From NCBI RefSeq assembly GCF_009914755.1, contig NC_060937.1: DNA of 64,000 bases, one strand, 5' to 3'. A program made the translations under genes and the position numbers. A model generated the notes under the pieces. The model saw nothing but the letters and a program-made list of their open reading frames with translations. It ran no database searches and had not been told where the DNA came from. The DNA is from the human T2T-CHM13v2.0 reference genome, Homo sapiens. Below, one piece after another: positions 25,986-64,000 of the stretch. Position 1 is the stretch's first letter. Every line of letters starts with the position of its first letter.

Positions 25986-26954
25986 CTCTAGGATCATTAT
26001 TTGCTTTGATGCATTCCCAAAAGCAGAAATGCTGAGTCAAAGAAGTATTTCCAGGGTTTTGACACGCATTACAAAACTGCCCTGCAGGTGCCACTTTACT
26101 TAGGAGCCTTCTTTGACAGTCTCTGGTTTCTTGGAACCCTTATGTTGGCTTCTATGTTTTATGTTACATTTGAGAAAAGCCCACTTGCCTCTGAGGCTTT
26201 CTGGCAGTTGAGGAGAACACTGTGGAGAAGAAAGGAGAGTGAAGTGGCCTGGGACAAATAAAAGGATTATCTTTTTGCTTTGGCCACTATACATTTTTAT
26301 ACTTAAACTTTGTTTTGATAATTTTTGGTCCACTTGATCATTTTGGTCCTTAGGTAAATATTTAAGTCTTCTTTTGCCTGTGTTTTATAGTTTTCAAAGT
26401 ACCTCCCATAAATTATTTTTCATTTGAGTCTCACAGTAAACTTCTCTGGTAAATACGGTATCATATACATTGAGGAAAAAGTTCCAGAGACATTGCAGTT
26501 TACCCAGAGGAAACAAAGCTAATAAGAGGCAGCACAGGGAGACGCATGATCGTCTTCTGGATTCTGGGGTATCACCCTTTACCTTGTGCTGTTGGGAACT
26601 CCTTGTGTTAGGCTGAGCCTTTCTCATGCTGCTGCTTCAATTTCAGTAATTAATCAGATTTTATTGTTATAGAGACCACTAGGGCTTATCTTAGTTCAGA
26701 ATAGAATACAATCATACTTCTTTGTCTAAAAATTAAAATGTAGAAATCTCTAAAGAAGTGTGTGTGTTTGTGCACTCACGCTATAGTCTTATCTGCATAG
26801 CAAAAGAATATACAATTTGAACTTCACTAAAATTTAGTTTTTTAAAAGTTCTGACGGTGGGGGGCTAGATTGAAGTTTGTTTTTGCGTATAAATCTCCTC
26901 ATAGTATAAATTTATGTTAACCAAATGTCTTGGAAACCTCAGCTAAGCAATTCA

Positions 26955-27093
26955 TTTTTTGTCTTTTTGTTTTTTTCAGAAACTGGGTCTTACAATATTG
27001 TCTAGACTGGCTTTGAACTCCTGGGCTCAAGCAGTCCTCCCACATCAGCCTCTCGAGTAGCTGAGACTGCAGGCATGCACCACTGTGCCTGGC
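26955..27093 (-). mobile_element. FLAM/Alu monomer
   Basis: gaactcctgggctcaagcagtcctccc...cctggc. Confidence 0.85.
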
Positions 27094-27736
27094 TTCAACT
27101 AGGCAGTTCTTGATAAGACCAGATTGATTTTCTGAAAATACTTGAAACTAAGAATTTCTTAAATATTTATTTGACTTTTTAAAAAAAGTATTTAGTTCCC
27201 CACTTCTACTCTTTATTGTGATGAAACTTTTTCCTTTGAAGGCTTTGAATGCAGGAGGGCCATATCTATCTTGTTTCTCTTGTATCCATAGCATCTAGCA
27301 CAAGTAGATTTTAAATGAATGGACAAGATACTGTGGTCAAATGCAGATACCGAGTGGTTAATGCCTGGAGTGGATTTAAGTTCTCAAAGATGTTAAAGCA
27401 TCTTTAAAAAGTTGAGACTTAGTTTTGAGTGTTTCACCTGGCAGGTGTTGTGTGTGTTAAGTACTGGTAATCATTTGACTTGGATGTCTTCTGAAATTTT
27501 GTCAATGGTATGCTCTTAAGCTTCCTATACAAAGAATGTATCTAATTTGATATGTACAGATTTCTCATTCGTCTATTATCAAACCCTTCTGCCCAAGAAA
27601 TAAGAATGTCAAGAGCATTCACTGTTGCCATAGAGATAAGAGTGTCTTGGGAGGCAGGGAAGTTGGAATTCTTTTTGTAATATTCTCTACTTAAGCTTCT
27701 ATTTTTAAAATGTTTTTTAAAAAACTTGTTTTTCAG

Positions 27737-27786
27737 ATCTTTCTCTTTGACACTTTGCAATAAAAAAGGGCAGTGAGATTGAATAG
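27737..27786 (+). other. AKAP11: AKAP11 exon 2 (50-nt non-coding 5'UTR exon)
   Basis: Acceptor ttgtttttcag| and donor TAG|GTAAGG, 264 nt upstream of exon 3. Confidence 0.8.
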
Positions 27787-28099
27787 GTAAGGGTGTAAAC
27801 TATTTTATAATTTTGAACCAAAATATAAGATTTTTATAATAATTTTCTATCTCATTAAGGTACCAATATTCATATATTTTTCAAATATTCTTGCTGGATT
27901 GCAAGTAAATTGGGGGGGGTGCTCAGATTATTTTTGTTTTCATTTTTATTTTTCTTTTAATGACTGAGTTAAAATAAATTAATTTAGCACAAAATGCTTG
28001 CCTGAATTGTTAAGATCAATAAATAAGTTGTTTTAATATGTTTTCTTTAGGTGTTTTGTGGATTAACTCTTCATTGATTATATACAACAAAAAATAGTT

Positions 28100-60974
<32,875 letters not shown>

Positions 60975-61650
60975 AGCAAACCCCAAACCAGTATATTTTA
61001 GTATTTGTTTGGGGAGGGGAACAAGCCAATAAAGATGTTTAGGATAAAATTTGAATAGTGAATATTAACATCGTAAGTCAGTTGGGAGGCAAGTAAATAT
61101 AGCTTTCTGAGCGCTTTGTGTTATCACTCGGTGTATATAGTTCATACTTTTGTAATCTGTCAAAATACTACCTTCATTTATTCTTCTATACACATGTGTA
61201 GTGTGTCAAGACCCTAAGAACATGTATTTGAAGGAAGGTCTAACCAGGGGGTTTTCAGGGGCATTGTCTGACCACATTCTTTTTGTATCCAAATAGTGCT
61301 GCTAGAAACTGCACTGAAGTGGCTGAGGATAGGTTCCAGTGATAGAGTTATAATTTTGCTCCTTTGCAAACAAATGGTATCTAATTAATAACTAGTCTGA
61401 CATCAGAAAATAAAATTGAGGCTGATTTTTAAAAATTTCTAGTAGATTTTTGGCCTTTCCTGTTTTTAAAAATCAGTTTCATTTTCATATTTCATAGATC
61501 AGCTATTGGTAGCTTTTTGATTTCCCCAAACTATTTAATTTCTTAGCAGAAACATTAGTATTTTAGGTTTCTATAAACACTATAAGTGATAGTTTCCCCC
61601 ATCCTTTCATTGACATTATTTGCCAATGCTGCCAGTCATTCTGGCATGAA

Positions 61651-61652
<2 letters not shown>

Positions 61653-61698
<46 letters not shown>
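61653..61698 (+). repeat. (GT)23 microsatellite in the 3'UTR
   Basis: Counted directly. Confidence 0.95.
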
Positions 61699-61700
<2 letters not shown>

Positions 61701-62204
61701 GGGAGTACTTTAACCTTGCCAGTTCCCTCTTTTATTTTACTGTTTTCTTTTTAGAAACCCACTGTTAAAATTTAAAAAGGTGCTTTAAAATAAAACGCCT
61801 ATAAAGATTGTGCAGTAAGAATTTTTATTGACAATAATTAAAATTTTTTTTGACAATTTTGGGTTCCCAACTTATCTTACAAGTGAAAACTTAAATTGTA
61901 AAACATGTTGAAATTTTAAAAATTAATGTTAATATGGAAATGCATTTAGAGAAGCCCAGTAGTTTTTATTGTTGGATTTTTGAAAAAACCTCTACCAAGA
62001 ATGTGGTGTTTTTTTTGTTTGTTTGTTTGTTTGTTTTAGAAAAATTGGGATTTCCCCCCACCCCGCCCCACCCAGATAAACTATATCTACACTGTCTCGT
62101 CAAGTTCTCTGACACGATCTTTCTGGGCTCTACATTTCCTACTAGTTTGTGTCCAGAAACTGCAAGTTGACATGAATAGAGGACAAAGGTTGTGTCTTGC
62201 TTTT

Positions 62205-62320
62205 GTCTCTCTCTTCCCTCCCTGCAACTCTCTCTCCCCTCCTCCCACTCTCTTCCCCCTCCCCCCTCCTCCCACTGTCTCTCACCTCCCCCACCCCCCA
62301 CTCTCTCTCATCTCTCGCTG
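62205..62320 (+). repeat. C/T-rich low-complexity tract in the 3'UTR
   Basis: Read directly; cccctcctcccact occurs twice. Confidence 0.85.
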
Positions 62321-64000
62321 TGTCCTGTGTATGTGTGGGTGTGTGTGTATTTGGGTGTGTAAATGTTGGTTCTTCCACTACTGGATTTTGTAATCTAGGA
62401 TAAATCACTTTTTTTGGGGACTTTGATTTTGCTCCATTACGTTTTCATTTTTTCTGAGCACTGACTGTTCTGAAAGCTGCACAAAACGTAGAAAGAAGAC
62501 ATAGCGCCTGCCAGGGAATAGGAAATGAGGGCACTTACACATTAATGTGAATTAGTAATTGTGGTATAGAAATGTTTTATAGTGAAAGATTCAAATTTGC
62601 TTTTCAAGAAAAATGCCAAAAGCTATTTAAATAATTCGAGGTTACATCGTAGGTTTTGATTTTTCTCAATTTAAGATACAGAAATACAGCAAGCCTTAAT
62701 ATAAAGTTTCCTAAAGTTTCTTCAAGTATTTTTTAAGGTGGAGAAATGCAGGAATTGTATAACCAGAATTGTTCCTGCCTTTAGCTTTTCAGAACTTGAG
62801 ATGTGGCAGCACTGGACTGGGTTTTTTTAAATGTTAGGACTAGGAATGTTTGCTCTTGTTAATTATGAATTAATTGATTATTAAGTTTAGAATGCATTTT
62901 TACAAGTATCTAACTATCAAATTGTGTTTAGTAACTTGAGTGTATGCACAAGTTTGATCAACAGCAAAATAGAGTTCTGAATTTCTTTTAAAGTGATGAT
63001 ATATTATTTTGTGAAACTTTGTGTTTGAAAATGTTTATTTCTGTTTATGGTGTAATCATTCTGAGGTGAGGCTTTTCTTATTTCCTTTGCATTTTGCTAG
63101 AGCTGTGCTGAGTTCAGCATTTGCTTATTTAACCACTACATAATGACAGACCAGTTATTAGGTATTAGCATGTGTGGTAATAATAATAGTGGAACTTCAC
63201 ACTTACATCAATTCAGTGCAGGGGCATAGAATAAAATATTAAATATTGGCAGATGTATGAAAAGAAGTGTGAGTTAAAAATATTGAATATTGGCAGGTGT
63301 GAAAACAAGTGTCAAAATTCCTCATATAGAGAAAATAATTTTGAGTTTAGAGTATTATCTTTTAATTAAGTGTAGTCTAAACTTAACTTTCTGTAAAGGC
63401 ACTTTGTGGTTTTTCCAAAGATGTTCTAGATCTATTTGGTTGCTCTATAGTCAAACAGCTCTTTTGAAGACAACTGTCTTATTTTATTACAAATTGGCTT
63501 GACATATTTATACTGTAACATTGTAATATTGCTGTGCTGTACATTTTGGCCCTTACGAAATACGTCTTTTTCAGAACTGTTAAAGTTTTGATGTACATCG
63601 AGCTGAATTCTGTTTTTACCAGTTTCAAAACCTTCAAGTGATATGTGGAAAAAAGTGAATGAGACCTCTGATAGGGGGTTTTCAGAACCTTGTTCACACC
63701 AAAATGTGACAGTTCTTTCATGTTTTCCTAAACCAAGTTAAAATTACATGTATATTTTGGTGTTAAGGTTGATTTTTAAGATACTTCTGATTTGTACAAA
63801 AGGAATGTTTCCTTTATAAATCACAGAAGAAAATGACAATATCTGTTGGATATTTGATATAATTTAATGGTGTTATAAAACCTTTAAGAGGATTCATGGT
63901 GAATATATGTGATAACATCTTTATACTTTGAAAAATGTTCCACTTACCCTTCAGATATTTGTTGTAAGTTAATTCAATTCTTAATACTTTAATTTTGCTC

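Larger units (their letters stand above)
60975..64000 (+). other. AKAP11: AKAP11 long 3'UTR (probably continues beyond the window)
   Basis: AU-rich sequence with no recognisable transposon after the stop; several AATAAA hexamers, U-rich and GU-rich tracts. Confidence 0.75.

Noticed and set aside
61934-62408. Cluster of ORFs in the 3'UTR
   Set aside because: Artefacts of low-complexity C/T and GT tracts.

Overview
Human (primate) genomic DNA containing essentially the whole AKAP11 (AKAP220) gene on the + strand. It has a CpG-island promoter at about 13.5-14.4 kb and 13 exons: two non-coding, ATG at 28100, a 4501-nt exon 8, and TAG at 60972-60974. Manual splicing gives a 5706-nt CDS (1901 aa). 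A long 3'UTR appears to run off the right edge. The first 13 kb is repeat-rich intergenic DNA (Alu, solo LTRs, L1, L2, CR1), and the introns carry many Alus, MIR/L2/L1 fossils and DNA transposons. I found no credible new gene or wholly novel system. The best leads concern regulation and architecture: a spliced 19-codon uORF that keeps its length whether or not exon 2 is included; twin LIR-like motifs in two in-frame-skippable exons; a ~31-aa periodic AKAP-helix repeat; an M-box/CLEAR-like site plus tandem TCTCGCGAGA motifs in the promoter; a 23-nt TPRT-like micro-insertion; and a (UG)23 tract in the 3'UTR. Repeat subfamily names and literature motif assignments are from memory, not from a database search.
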